A DNA stretch of 64,000 nt from a virus (taxonomy: Duplodnaviria > Caudoviricetes). This document shows, piece by piece, positions 30,218 to 39,063 of the stretch; the stretch's first letter is position 1, and each line of letters begins with the position of its first letter. Both the position numbers and the translations under genes were made by a program. Location of the stretch: the IMG/VR virus record IMGVR_UViG_3300031555_004294, positions 224,001 through 288,000 of that record, one strand, 5' to 3'. The notes below the pieces were generated by a model. That model was not told where the DNA came from. It saw only the letters and a list, made by a program, of their open reading frames with translations, and did no database searches.

Positions 30218-30871
30218 TTAAATCAAAATATCTGAGTCGTGTCTTTCACTATTAACTTTTAGATACGAATAACTAGAACTATTAGGAACTGTCATTTTAC
30301 CAACAATTGGATTTGCTAATACTCGATTATCAGTCTTAATAGTTACTTCGTCCTTTAGATCTTTAGTAGTTGCACCAGCAATATCATCTGGTGTAATTTC
30401 GTATGTGTTTACTGTAAAACCAGGAACCATAGACTTTACCTTATCATCAATCATATCAGAAGTTGCGGCATTTATATCAATGGCTTCTTTTTTGATAGCT
30501 AATGCAAAGTTTTTATACTTTTCAGTATAATTTCCACATAGATCCATTAAAGCTGAAGATTCAGAAAAACTCTTTAACTCAAATAGATTCTCTAATTTGT
30601 CTCTCTTTAAGTAGTGAAGAACAGTCTCCTGTAAGAGTCTCATATTGTTAAGAAATCTTACTTCTTCCATTTCATCTAATGAGTCTTCTATATTTAAAGG
30701 TCTAGAATTTAAAGCAATTCCAATAAAATCTTCATTGTCTATAAACTGAATGCTACTTTCTGTAAAATATGGTTTAAAATATTCATTCATCTTACTACGC
30801 TGTAAATCATGATTGATACTTTTTGCTGTTCTCAATCCAATTTTTTTTATGTCTTCCTTATTATAGGTCAT
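30218..30871 (-). CDS. Hypothetical protein, probable virion protein
   Basis: 217-aa ORF in the late-type cluster. Confidence 0.6.
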   Translation of the reverse strand: MTYNKEDIKKIGLRTAKSINHDLQRSKMNEYFKPYFTESSIQFIDNEDFIGIALNSRPLNIEDSLDEMEEVRFLNNMRLLQETVLHYLKRDKLENLFELKSFSESSALMDLCGNYTEKYKNFALAIKKEAIDINAATSDMIDDKVKSMVPGFTVNTYEITPDDIAGATTKDLKDEVTIKTDNRVLANPIVGKMTVPNSSSYSYLKVNSERHDSDILI

Positions 30872-31015
30872 TTAGATTATACCTTGCCTTTCTTTATATT
30901 TTGCCATGTATTTTTGTATCCGTCTAATTAATGATATGTTTTATCATATTAAAGAAAAAAGATGATTTACAAATATAGAGAAGTATAGCCACTAAAGACT
31001 ATACTTCTCTATAAC

Positions 31016-31597
31016 TTAATCTTGCATGAGCAGAGTGTCTAATACAAAATCTTCTTCGTCACAACAATCAATGCGATCAAAAGGAGGTCTGCACTGACAT
31101 TCCATTCCACCTAAAGGCATAGGAGGACGGCACATATTGTAGACATCTCTATTATTTAATGCATTAGAATTTTCATCTGCACCATCTTCATTATCTTCAT
31201 CATAACCAGAAAAATCATCATGACTTAAAATACGAATAGCATCATCATTAAATCCAACCAAAATGAGAATAATGTTTACACCAGATTGTGCCAGATGACC
31301 CTTTACTAATACAGAGTAGAAAGGAACACGTTTACCACCTTTAGTCTCATACTTTTTTACCATTTCAAAAGCATCAATAACTAAAGTAGTTGGAATAGAA
31401 ATAACGTACTTTCTCTTGTTTAAGTCCTTCTTAAATTTTTTAGTATTTCTTAAAATGACGGTAATACCCTCTACATCAGCTTCAGATTGAACTGCCATGT
31501 CAAAATATTTTAAAAATACCTCATGTTCATCAAATTCAAGTAAAGCTGATTCTATTTCATTAAAAGCTTCAGCTGTTCTAGCTGTAATTTTTAGCAT
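31016..31597 (-). CDS. Hypothetical protein with acidic/Cys-rich C-terminus
   Basis: RBS AAAGGAG; late-type motif upstream. Confidence 0.7.
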   Translation of the reverse strand: MLKITARTAEAFNEIESALLEFDEHEVFLKYFDMAVQSEADVEGITVILRNTKKFKKDLNKRKYVISIPTTLVIDAFEMVKKYETKGGKRVPFYSVLVKGHLAQSGVNIILILVGFNDDAIRILSHDDFSGYDEDNEDGADENSNALNNRDVYNMCRPPMPLGGMECQCRPPFDRIDCCDEEDFVLDTLLMQD

Positions 31598-31669
31598 AAT
31601 ACTTTAAATCTCCTTTCATCATTTTTAATATTCACAAACACCATAAAGTAATAATTTGTTTTTGCATAA

Positions 31670-33067
31670 TTACTCACTGAGAATTTCCATAACAGGAGAC
31701 TCATAATATTCGTTAAGAGCTTCTGAAAAATTTTCTGTCATATAATATTCAATACCAAGATCTTCTTTTCTGATTTCAATTTTATCTTTAAGCAAATTAG
31801 TATCAAAATCATAAATTTCTTGATCGCTAACGTCTATACTTCCAGCAATATCACGTTTTCTTTCCATATTTGAAAACAGAGAGTTTATTGCTTTTCTAAA
31901 ATAAGGTGTTTTCTTTAATAATTTTTCGATAGCTTCAATATCGTTTTCAATCTCTTCAATCTGCTTGGGAGACATATTTTTACGGTTATTATTTAATTCA
32001 TATTTTAACTTTTCTAAAGTAAATATAATTCGCTTTCTATCAGTAGGATGTTCGTCATTCATATATTTTACGAAATCAAATAAAACCTCGTGATAATAAT
32101 CTAAAATTCTAATTAATGGAATTTTTGACGTAATTTTTCTTTTATAAGATAAATCGTCGGTATTATTAAATGTCGCTACGACACCTTTAGCATAACCATA
32201 TGAAGCAGCAAAATTATCGGCAAATCTTTCATTAGTGTATCCTTTACCTTTCTTTTCCTGCTTACTTAATTCTTTATATGACGCAGAATTAATAATAATT
32301 GGAAGAAATAAAGTATAAAAGACTGTTTTTGCCAATCTAAAGCCAGATGTAAGTAGTTTTTTACTAACAGTAGACAATGTATAAAATAATTTACCAATAC
32401 CAGTATGGTCTGATTTATATTTTTGATTTACAATATCATGTGCCTTATCTGTTAAAAATTTTTTTGTTTGCTCGTAAGTCGTATACTGTAAACCCTGTTT
32501 AAAACTAATTCCTTCTTGTATTAGAACCTTTACTACTTCTACAGTTAAATTTGGATCGTAATTATAGTAATCTAACAACTGTAAGAGATATAAAACCAAT
32601 TCAGTAAATACTTTAGCTTTACGATTTTGAATTTCTTCCTTAATAAAAAAGAAATTATGTCCAATTTCATGTAATAAAACTGCCATAATGCTTTCTATAT
32701 TATAATTTCGTATAGTGTAGCTATTGGTATAAATGTAAAGAGTCTTACCAACAGATGATTTATAGCGTATACCACTACTATCAGAAACTAATTCAAAAAA
32801 ACTGTCATTATAACTACGATTTTTTTCATAATAGAATGGCATAGTATACGCATTCATACCTCTCTCATCAGCTATAATGGAAAAATATACCTTTTCACAG
32901 TTAAATTTTTTAGCAATTAGATTCTCAAATTTAGTTTTTTCTGGAACTCCATTTGGATTTTTATTATTTGCAACTGCATCTTTTAGAGCCTGAATACAAT
33001 TTTCACATTCTAGTAAAGTTTCATCCTTACCAAAATAAGACTCTTGTAGGATTATATTTTCATTCAT
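31670..33067 (-). CDS. Zn metallopeptidase (HExxH, M48-like), probable head protein
   Basis: AVLLHEIGH, NERFADNFAASYGY, DEHP; N-terminal ILQES. Confidence 0.7.
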   Translation of the reverse strand: MNENIILQESYFGKDETLLECENCIQALKDAVANNKNPNGVPEKTKFENLIAKKFNCEKVYFSIIADERGMNAYTMPFYYEKNRSYNDSFFELVSDSSGIRYKSSVGKTLYIYTNSYTIRNYNIESIMAVLLHEIGHNFFFIKEEIQNRKAKVFTELVLYLLQLLDYYNYDPNLTVEVVKVLIQEGISFKQGLQYTTYEQTKKFLTDKAHDIVNQKYKSDHTGIGKLFYTLSTVSKKLLTSGFRLAKTVFYTLFLPIIINSASYKELSKQEKKGKGYTNERFADNFAASYGYAKGVVATFNNTDDLSYKRKITSKIPLIRILDYYHEVLFDFVKYMNDEHPTDRKRIIFTLEKLKYELNNNRKNMSPKQIEEIENDIEAIEKLLKKTPYFRKAINSLFSNMERKRDIAGSIDVSDQEIYDFDTNLLKDKIEIRKEDLGIEYYMTENFSEALNEYYESPVMEILSE

Positions 33068-33095
33068 AGGTTTTCAATTTCACCTTACTTTCTTT

Positions 33096-34292
33096 TTAAT
33101 ATTTGTTCAGGATAACCTGTTGTGTTGCAATACAGAAAAAGATGAAAATCGACTTTCTATAAGCAATGAGAGATGCAACTCTACTTGTTTTTAAATATTT
33201 CTCAGAATTTTCTTTTAACCAAGTATCTAATATTTCTTTGATACGAATTATACCCTTGTCATTAGTATTTGACTTACCATAGATTTTATTAGCATACACT
33301 AAGAAATTATTACTGGAGAATGTTGCTTCTGGATGCTTATCAACTACCAGATATTGATGCAAGAACAGTATTATGAATTCCTTTATCAATTTGTCGTCTT
33401 TTTCTATGATCCGTTTGACAACATTATGAACCTCATTAATAGATACGCCAGCTATTTTAGCAGACATTTCTATGATATTTTGGTTCAAATTAGATGTGAT
33501 GATTGTATTTGCACATTTTTCACCCATCTGATATATTTTAGCAGATACATTAGTTGTCTCATAGAAATCTTCAACATCAGTTCCTTCTCTTTCAGTATTC
33601 ATGTACACTTTACTGTCTTTGTACTTGTTGTAAAGTGTTAGAATCTCTTTGATGAAGTTATTGATACGAACGTACATATTCATAATGTACTGGAAGATAA
33701 GATAGTCAGAAAATTCCTTATCGTTTAGATATTCCTCGTATTTTTCATGACAACCAAGTGAAACCTTTTGTAATACCTGTATGATTGTACCATATTTTTT
33801 TATGTCATATCTGTTACTCATAGTACTGATGATGTAAGCCAATTTATTAGGATTGAATGGGTACTTTAGTCTTGCATTTATAATTGAAGAGTACAATGCT
33901 AGTGCAAGATATAAAATAGATAACTTCATTTCGTTATCTTTTTTATTGTCTCTGTAATACTTAATTACATTGGTTAAAGCCCAATATTCTGGTTTGTTAT
34001 ATAAAACCCAGTGACTATCAGTCTGTCCACTTTCTTTTATGAGTGCTTTAATTTCATTTGGTGTCTTACCTACGCTATTAAAAAGTACTTCTCCATCTAA
34101 ACTATCAACTTTCCAGTATAAGTACTTAAAGTCAGCATTAAATAGCTTGTCGTGATTTCGGTCTATATATTTTGGAATGTACTCTAAAAGTTCTTTTCCT
34201 TTATTTCTATCAAGGTTCATCTTTATATCTGGATAGCACTTTTCTTTAAAAACAAATGTGCTAGTATTTTTAGACGTAGCCATATAAATCAC
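33096..34292 (-). CDS. Hypothetical protein (398 aa)
   Basis: Long ORF with late-type motif upstream; no recognised domain. Confidence 0.75.
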   Translation of the reverse strand: MIYMATSKNTSTFVFKEKCYPDIKMNLDRNKGKELLEYIPKYIDRNHDKLFNADFKYLYWKVDSLDGEVLFNSVGKTPNEIKALIKESGQTDSHWVLYNKPEYWALTNVIKYYRDNKKDNEMKLSILYLALALYSSIINARLKYPFNPNKLAYIISTMSNRYDIKKYGTIIQVLQKVSLGCHEKYEEYLNDKEFSDYLIFQYIMNMYVRINNFIKEILTLYNKYKDSKVYMNTEREGTDVEDFYETTNVSAKIYQMGEKCANTIITSNLNQNIIEMSAKIAGVSINEVHNVVKRIIEKDDKLIKEFIILFLHQYLVVDKHPEATFSSNNFLVYANKIYGKSNTNDKGIIRIKEILDTWLKENSEKYLKTSRVASLIAYRKSIFIFFCIATQQVILNKY

Positions 34293-34395
34293 CTTTCTTT
34301 CATTATAGTTTTGTATTATAGAATTGTTTTGAATGCATTATAGAATGCAAAAAAAAAGAAATAGTTTTCCATGAGAAAACTATTTCTTTTTAATT

Positions 34396-35883
34396 TTAGT
34401 AGTTGCTTACTCTTAGCTCACGAATCTTATTCGTCCAACCATTATCTACAGAAAGATGATCTCGTCTTCCAGTAAGCACCCACATAAGTTTTGTTGAAGA
34501 ACTAGGTCTATACGTTTCGTCAATATGAGACTCACCAAATCCATCAGTGAAATAAATTAGCAAGTCTGGCTTTTCGCTTCCACGTAACTCTTCCTTTAAG
34601 TATTGAAAGACTGGTTGAAAACGAGTTCCGCCTCGTCCTGTTACTTTTGTACTCACTTCTTTAATGTTTGAAGCTGTATAGACTCTTCCAATTTGCATAT
34701 CGCATTCAATAATGGTCAACTCAAATTCTACTAACTTAAGAATTGCAAAAATCTCATTGAATACAAACTGAAGATCTTTTTCGCTCATTGAACCAGATGT
34801 ATCAATAGCTACTGTAATCTTAATCCTTCTATCAGAAATACGTCCTTGTACGTCATATCTGTCATCTTGTTTTACTATTGAACTGTTACATTCTGACATT
34901 AGATCATATACTAGATACGTGCCTTTAGTTCTTCTGGATCTTCTAAGAGGAGTTGTCTTATAAGGAACTCTAACTGAACCAACCATTCTCTTTAACTCAT
35001 CTTGCCATTTGATAATTGTAGGTGCGTTAATCTTTTTGATAAGTTCTTGTAATTCACCAGGAATATTACCACAGCTCTTAGCTGCTTCATTAACCATGTG
35101 TTTTACAATTTCTTTCATGTTTTGCACATCCGAACTATCTGACTCTTTCCAAATAGAATGGTCAACAGGATACTTTTTATCAAGAATCTCATCAATCATA
35201 TCACTGATTGATTTTCCAGATCCATTGCCATTTTGACCTTGCTGTCCATCCCCCATTTGTTGACCTAATTGCTCGAGAATGTCCTGCAAGTCCTTCATCA
35301 TCTGTTTGTACTTTTCAGAACCATTTTTATAAGCTTCAGAATTCTTTACCAATTCCAAATAATACTCAAATGCTTCTTTGCGATTTGTGTTATACTTGTT
35401 GAGATTAAACATCTCACAGAAGTTATCAAATGTTATACATTCGTTGGGAATATCAGGAATAAACTGATTGATAGCTACATCCATTACAATGTTTTCAATA
35501 TAGCTATCAAAACGGTTGTTATTTTCTTTGCTTCTCAGCAAATGCATATGAAGCAAATGGTATACTTCATGTTTGAGAATTGCTTTTACTTCTTTGTGAG
35601 TATATCTTAACAACAGAGCTGGATTAAGAACTAACAAAGGATTTCCTTTTTTAATAGTAACTCCAGCTGGTGCAGAAAGGACATAACTAACCTCTCTTTG
35701 CATATGAATGATAAACGTACCAAAGAAATGGTCTGAAACTAGCAAATTGAACACAATTAGTTCAATATACTCTTTAAAGTAGCTAGTTGCAGTTTTTGTA
35801 TCTCCTTCATTCATCGCTGTCAGACATCTTGTTTTAAGTTGTTCAACATTCATGTCGTCTAAACTAGTCATCTTAGCTGCCAT
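34396..35883 (-). CDS. VWA-domain protein with N-terminal HExxH metallopeptidase-like domain (DUF2201-like)
   Basis: ILKHEVYHLLHMH, NIVMDVAINQ, MIDAS DTSGSMS, GRGGT.FQP, YFTDG. Confidence 0.88.
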   Translation of the reverse strand: MAAKMTSLDDMNVEQLKTRCLTAMNEGDTKTATSYFKEYIELIVFNLLVSDHFFGTFIIHMQREVSYVLSAPAGVTIKKGNPLLVLNPALLLRYTHKEVKAILKHEVYHLLHMHLLRSKENNNRFDSYIENIVMDVAINQFIPDIPNECITFDNFCEMFNLNKYNTNRKEAFEYYLELVKNSEAYKNGSEKYKQMMKDLQDILEQLGQQMGDGQQGQNGNGSGKSISDMIDEILDKKYPVDHSIWKESDSSDVQNMKEIVKHMVNEAAKSCGNIPGELQELIKKINAPTIIKWQDELKRMVGSVRVPYKTTPLRRSRRTKGTYLVYDLMSECNSSIVKQDDRYDVQGRISDRRIKITVAIDTSGSMSEKDLQFVFNEIFAILKLVEFELTIIECDMQIGRVYTASNIKEVSTKVTGRGGTRFQPVFQYLKEELRGSEKPDLLIYFTDGFGESHIDETYRPSSSTKLMWVLTGRRDHLSVDNGWTNKIRELRVSNY

Positions 35884-37070
35884 TAGATAAATAACCCTCC
35901 ATCTTCAGTCATTGCTTTTGAAAAAAGCAATGTTTTAACTGACTTTTTTATAGTATTTGCATTCATTATAATGTCTTTGTAGAACTGATCTTGGTTTTTA
36001 TAATAGAATCCATACTTCTGATAATACTTGTGTTGAGATAACTCTAAGAGCAGACTCATAGAGTTCTTAACTTTAGGAATTGGAGATTTATTCCATGTGT
36101 ATATCAGAGCATTTATAAAAATCTTTTTTACAGTTGGATTCATTCTTCCATATAGTTTCCAAAAATATTCTACAGGACCTTCATCAAGATATATCTTTTT
36201 GTAAACTAAACCATATCGATGTTGGATTTTTTTAGTGTACAAAAATGTATTCATAAATCCAAGTTTTTCTACTTCGAGATTTTCCTTAAAAATCTTATTC
36301 AAATTGTTTTGCAATTTCGTTATGATTTTCTCGTTTTCCTCTCCATAGATATCTATCACTGCAGTATAGAAATCAATAATGGTTATTAGCACGTTGAAAA
36401 AAGTTTTACTGTCCTCATAATGTGAAGTACCTTTTTTTATTTCTTCGATCTTCTTACAGATTTTATTATTGAAGACGTTAAAAATATTGATTTTGTATCC
36501 CTTAGACTTTAAATATGATAGCCATACTCTTAAAAAATTCTGATTGAAGTGGTTATAGTACAACCAATAACCAGTTAGTTGAGCATCAAACATAGTTTCT
36601 AGAACTTTTTGTTCTTGATCTTTCTCACCACTAAAAGTTTTGATTTGGTTGTCCCAGAACTCATGTAACAAATTTAGATAGATGTCGTAAAAATTTTCAT
36701 TTTTTATTTCATACTCTTCTTTTTCCTTATCTATAACACTAACCCAACAATCATAACCATTTGTAGATACAATATCTTCCATTATGTGTGAGTTATAGGG
36801 AGAGTAGTCGTTTGCATAATAGGAAAGAGTACTTCTACTAAAAAAGTTTTCCTTTAAGTAAGTTTCTAAAAAGTATTTAGCAACTTCAATTCTCAAATCG
36901 TATGGTAAAACATCAACAATGTTGTCTACTTTTGTTGATTTTGGTCTCAAAAAGCTAATTATATTACGTTCGCTAACTGCGTCGTCATAATATTTACTGT
37001 GAGTTGATTTGAAAAATACAGTCATTAACTTTTTTGTAAAGTCTAATAACTCTTCTTTGTTTTCATACAC
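35883..37070 (-). CDS. Hypothetical protein between the AAA and VWA genes
   Basis: 395-aa ORF coupled to the VWA gene. Confidence 0.75.
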   Translation of the reverse strand: MYENKEELLDFTKKLMTVFFKSTHSKYYDDAVSERNIISFLRPKSTKVDNIVDVLPYDLRIEVAKYFLETYLKENFFSRSTLSYYANDYSPYNSHIMEDIVSTNGYDCWVSVIDKEKEEYEIKNENFYDIYLNLLHEFWDNQIKTFSGEKDQEQKVLETMFDAQLTGYWLYYNHFNQNFLRVWLSYLKSKGYKINIFNVFNNKICKKIEEIKKGTSHYEDSKTFFNVLITIIDFYTAVIDIYGEENEKIITKLQNNLNKIFKENLEVEKLGFMNTFLYTKKIQHRYGLVYKKIYLDEGPVEYFWKLYGRMNPTVKKIFINALIYTWNKSPIPKVKNSMSLLLELSQHKYYQKYGFYYKNQDQFYKDIIMNANTIKKSVKTLLFSKAMTEDGGLFI

Positions 37071-37178
37071 TTAAAAATTCACCACACTTTATAAAAAATT
37101 TTAACCATTCAGTGTTAGATAAGTAAAGTTTGGTTCTCTACTTATCTAACACTAAAACTTTGTTATGTTTCCTCCAAG

Positions 37179-38354
37179 TTAGATATTGCTTGCAGCCATC
37201 GTCTTCTTATTAGTATCAAAGAAGAGATCCATGTAGTCATCATACTTTGTAAAAGTATCGTGGATCTTTTTATAGTTCACACCGATATTCTTAAGTACGC
37301 CTACCATGATATCCTTGGGAAGTACTCTACATACTTCAATGAAACGCTTACAAAGCTTATCTCCAGTCTTCTTATCATTGAAGTCCTTAAGATTCTCATC
37401 GATATAACGAATACATCTGTCAATGATAACGAACTGTCTTGTAGAAGTATCACCCTTAATCTTGGAAAGAATATCACGCTCAAACTTCTCATCTGTGCTT
37501 TGGAAGATTTCTTTCACAGTAGTAATGGGATTCTTCTTGTTTCTGAGAAAACTAGTCAGAGAAGTTGCAGGAGTCTGACCTACTACACCCTTTGCTGCTT
37601 CAAACAACATACCTTCAAAGTTCTCAGGATAGTAGGTCTTGATCTGTCTCATTACCTTTGAGAGCAATTCCCAACCACGAGGAGTAGGTTTAACCTCTTC
37701 CTTACTATGGGGGTCATGAAGAAGATTAGGCATTTCTGCAATGAATTCGATGATGTCAGTATCGATAGCTTCAGAACCAGTTTCAGGATCATCCTTAGTA
37801 TTAGATGCCCACTTAAGCCAGTCCTTGACATCTGCTTCAAGTGTATACTTTACAAAACGATTCTTCATAGCGTCATTCATGACGTTAACCTGATAATCAT
37901 TGTCATCATCATATTCAGGGTTTCCTGCTGCAATGACAATACAACCTTCAGGGAGAATAGTTTCGTTGATTCGTCTATCGAGAATTAACTGCATCAATTC
38001 TTGGTTTACAGCATTCTCGCATCTATTCAACTCGTCGATAAAGAGAATCGTGTTTATACCCTTCTTATCGTTCTCCAAGATCTGATTGAGTTTTACATGC
38101 GTAGTATAGTCATTAACCATTCTACCCGATTCATCATCTTTTCTTGGTACGGGAATGCCACCCAATTCTCCTTCCTTCAAGAGTGCACCGAAAAGTGTGA
38201 CAACAGGGACATCATCAAAGCCATTTTCCTTATAAAGCTTTGCTACTTCCTTGATCATCTGTGACTTTCCTACGCCAGCATGTCCTTCGATATAAGGTAC
38301 AACACCTGCTACACTTGTTACGAATACCTGTGGCAATAATTCCGAATACTTCAT
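37179..38354 (-). CDS. MoxR-like AAA+ ATPase
   Basis: GHAGVGKS, LFIDELNR, AAGNP, NRF, PTPRGWE. Start moved to MKYSELL after AAGGAG. Confidence 0.9.
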   Translation of the reverse strand: MKYSELLPQVFVTSVAGVVPYIEGHAGVGKSQMIKEVAKLYKENGFDDVPVVTLFGALLKEGELGGIPVPRKDDESGRMVNDYTTHVKLNQILENDKKGINTILFIDELNRCENAVNQELMQLILDRRINETILPEGCIVIAAGNPEYDDDNDYQVNVMNDAMKNRFVKYTLEADVKDWLKWASNTKDDPETGSEAIDTDIIEFIAEMPNLLHDPHSKEEVKPTPRGWELLSKVMRQIKTYYPENFEGMLFEAAKGVVGQTPATSLTSFLRNKKNPITTVKEIFQSTDEKFERDILSKIKGDTSTRQFVIIDRCIRYIDENLKDFNDKKTGDKLCKRFIEVCRVLPKDIMVGVLKNIGVNYKKIHDTFTKYDDYMDLFFDTNKKTMAASNI

Positions 38355-38487
38355 TTTCTGTTTATCTCCTTTTTGTATTAAAGTTTTACTAAGTAAAAAT
38401 ATATAGTTATAAACGTTTTTAGTGTTTATAACTATATATCTCTCCAACAGTTTTAAATTCTGTCGTAAATTTGGTCATTAAGACTCA

Positions 38488-38997
38488 ACTAAAAGTTGTT
38501 ACTATTTGAAAGTTTTGATTCATTTTTTGGACGTGATACTATAAACGTCGATGATTCATTACAGGCAAGTGATACTGTTCTTATTATTGATTCATTTGAC
38601 AGCTGTGATGCTATAAGGAACAATGATTCATTAAACTGCTTTGATACTATTAGGCATCGTGATTCATTAAAGAATAGTGATACTATTTAGCAACGTGATT
38701 CATTATAAAATATTGATACTATCATTGAAATTGATTCATTAATTGAAAGTGATGCTATTTTGACCATGTTGATTCATTGCGCGTTACTGATACTATTCGC
38801 TGTTAGTGATTCATTACACAACCATGGATACTAATTGTTAGACTGATTCATTCACTACATATGCTACTGTCAATTATACTGATTCATTTTTGCTTCATGA
38901 TACTATTGTCGCTATTGATTCATTAAACCCAGATGATACTATAAATTACTCTGATTCATTTTTCCACGATGATACTATAAAGTTCCAATGATTTCAC
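38488..38997 (-). repeat. Dual-repeat guide-RNA array 3 (TIGR-like), 14 units, directly downstream of the Tas-like gene
   Basis: On + it reads TGATTCATT-N9-TGATACTAT-N9 (reverse complement of the array 1/2 repeats), for example 38624 TGATTCATT aaactgctt TGATACTAT taggcatcg TGATTCATT. Confidence 0.93.
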
Positions 38998-39010
38998 AAA
39001 AAATTTTATA

Positions 39011-39047
39011 AAAAGCAACTACTAGCTAAAATACTAGTAGTTGCTTT
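39011..39047 (-). terminator. Hairpin between the Tas-like gene and array 3
   Basis: AAAGCAACTACTAG-8-nt loop-CTAGTAGTTGCTTT, followed by a short U run on the minus strand. Confidence 0.65.
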
Positions 39048-39063
39048 ATTTTTCATAGTTCTA

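Noticed and set aside
33096-34292. The 398-aa ORF as the sigma-like promoter-specificity subunit of the phage RNAP
   Set aside because: Size and helical character are compatible, but I recognise no diagnostic motif; left as hypothetical pending HHpred or structure comparison.
38496-38690. ORF 38496-38690 (+) with DS/DT periodicity
   Set aside because: Antisense translation of array 3 repeats.
21406-38997. The three arrays as CRISPR arrays
   Set aside because: Repeats are 9 nt and of two alternating types with ~9-nt spacers. CRISPR has a single 23-50-nt repeat with ~30-nt spacers, and no cas genes are present.
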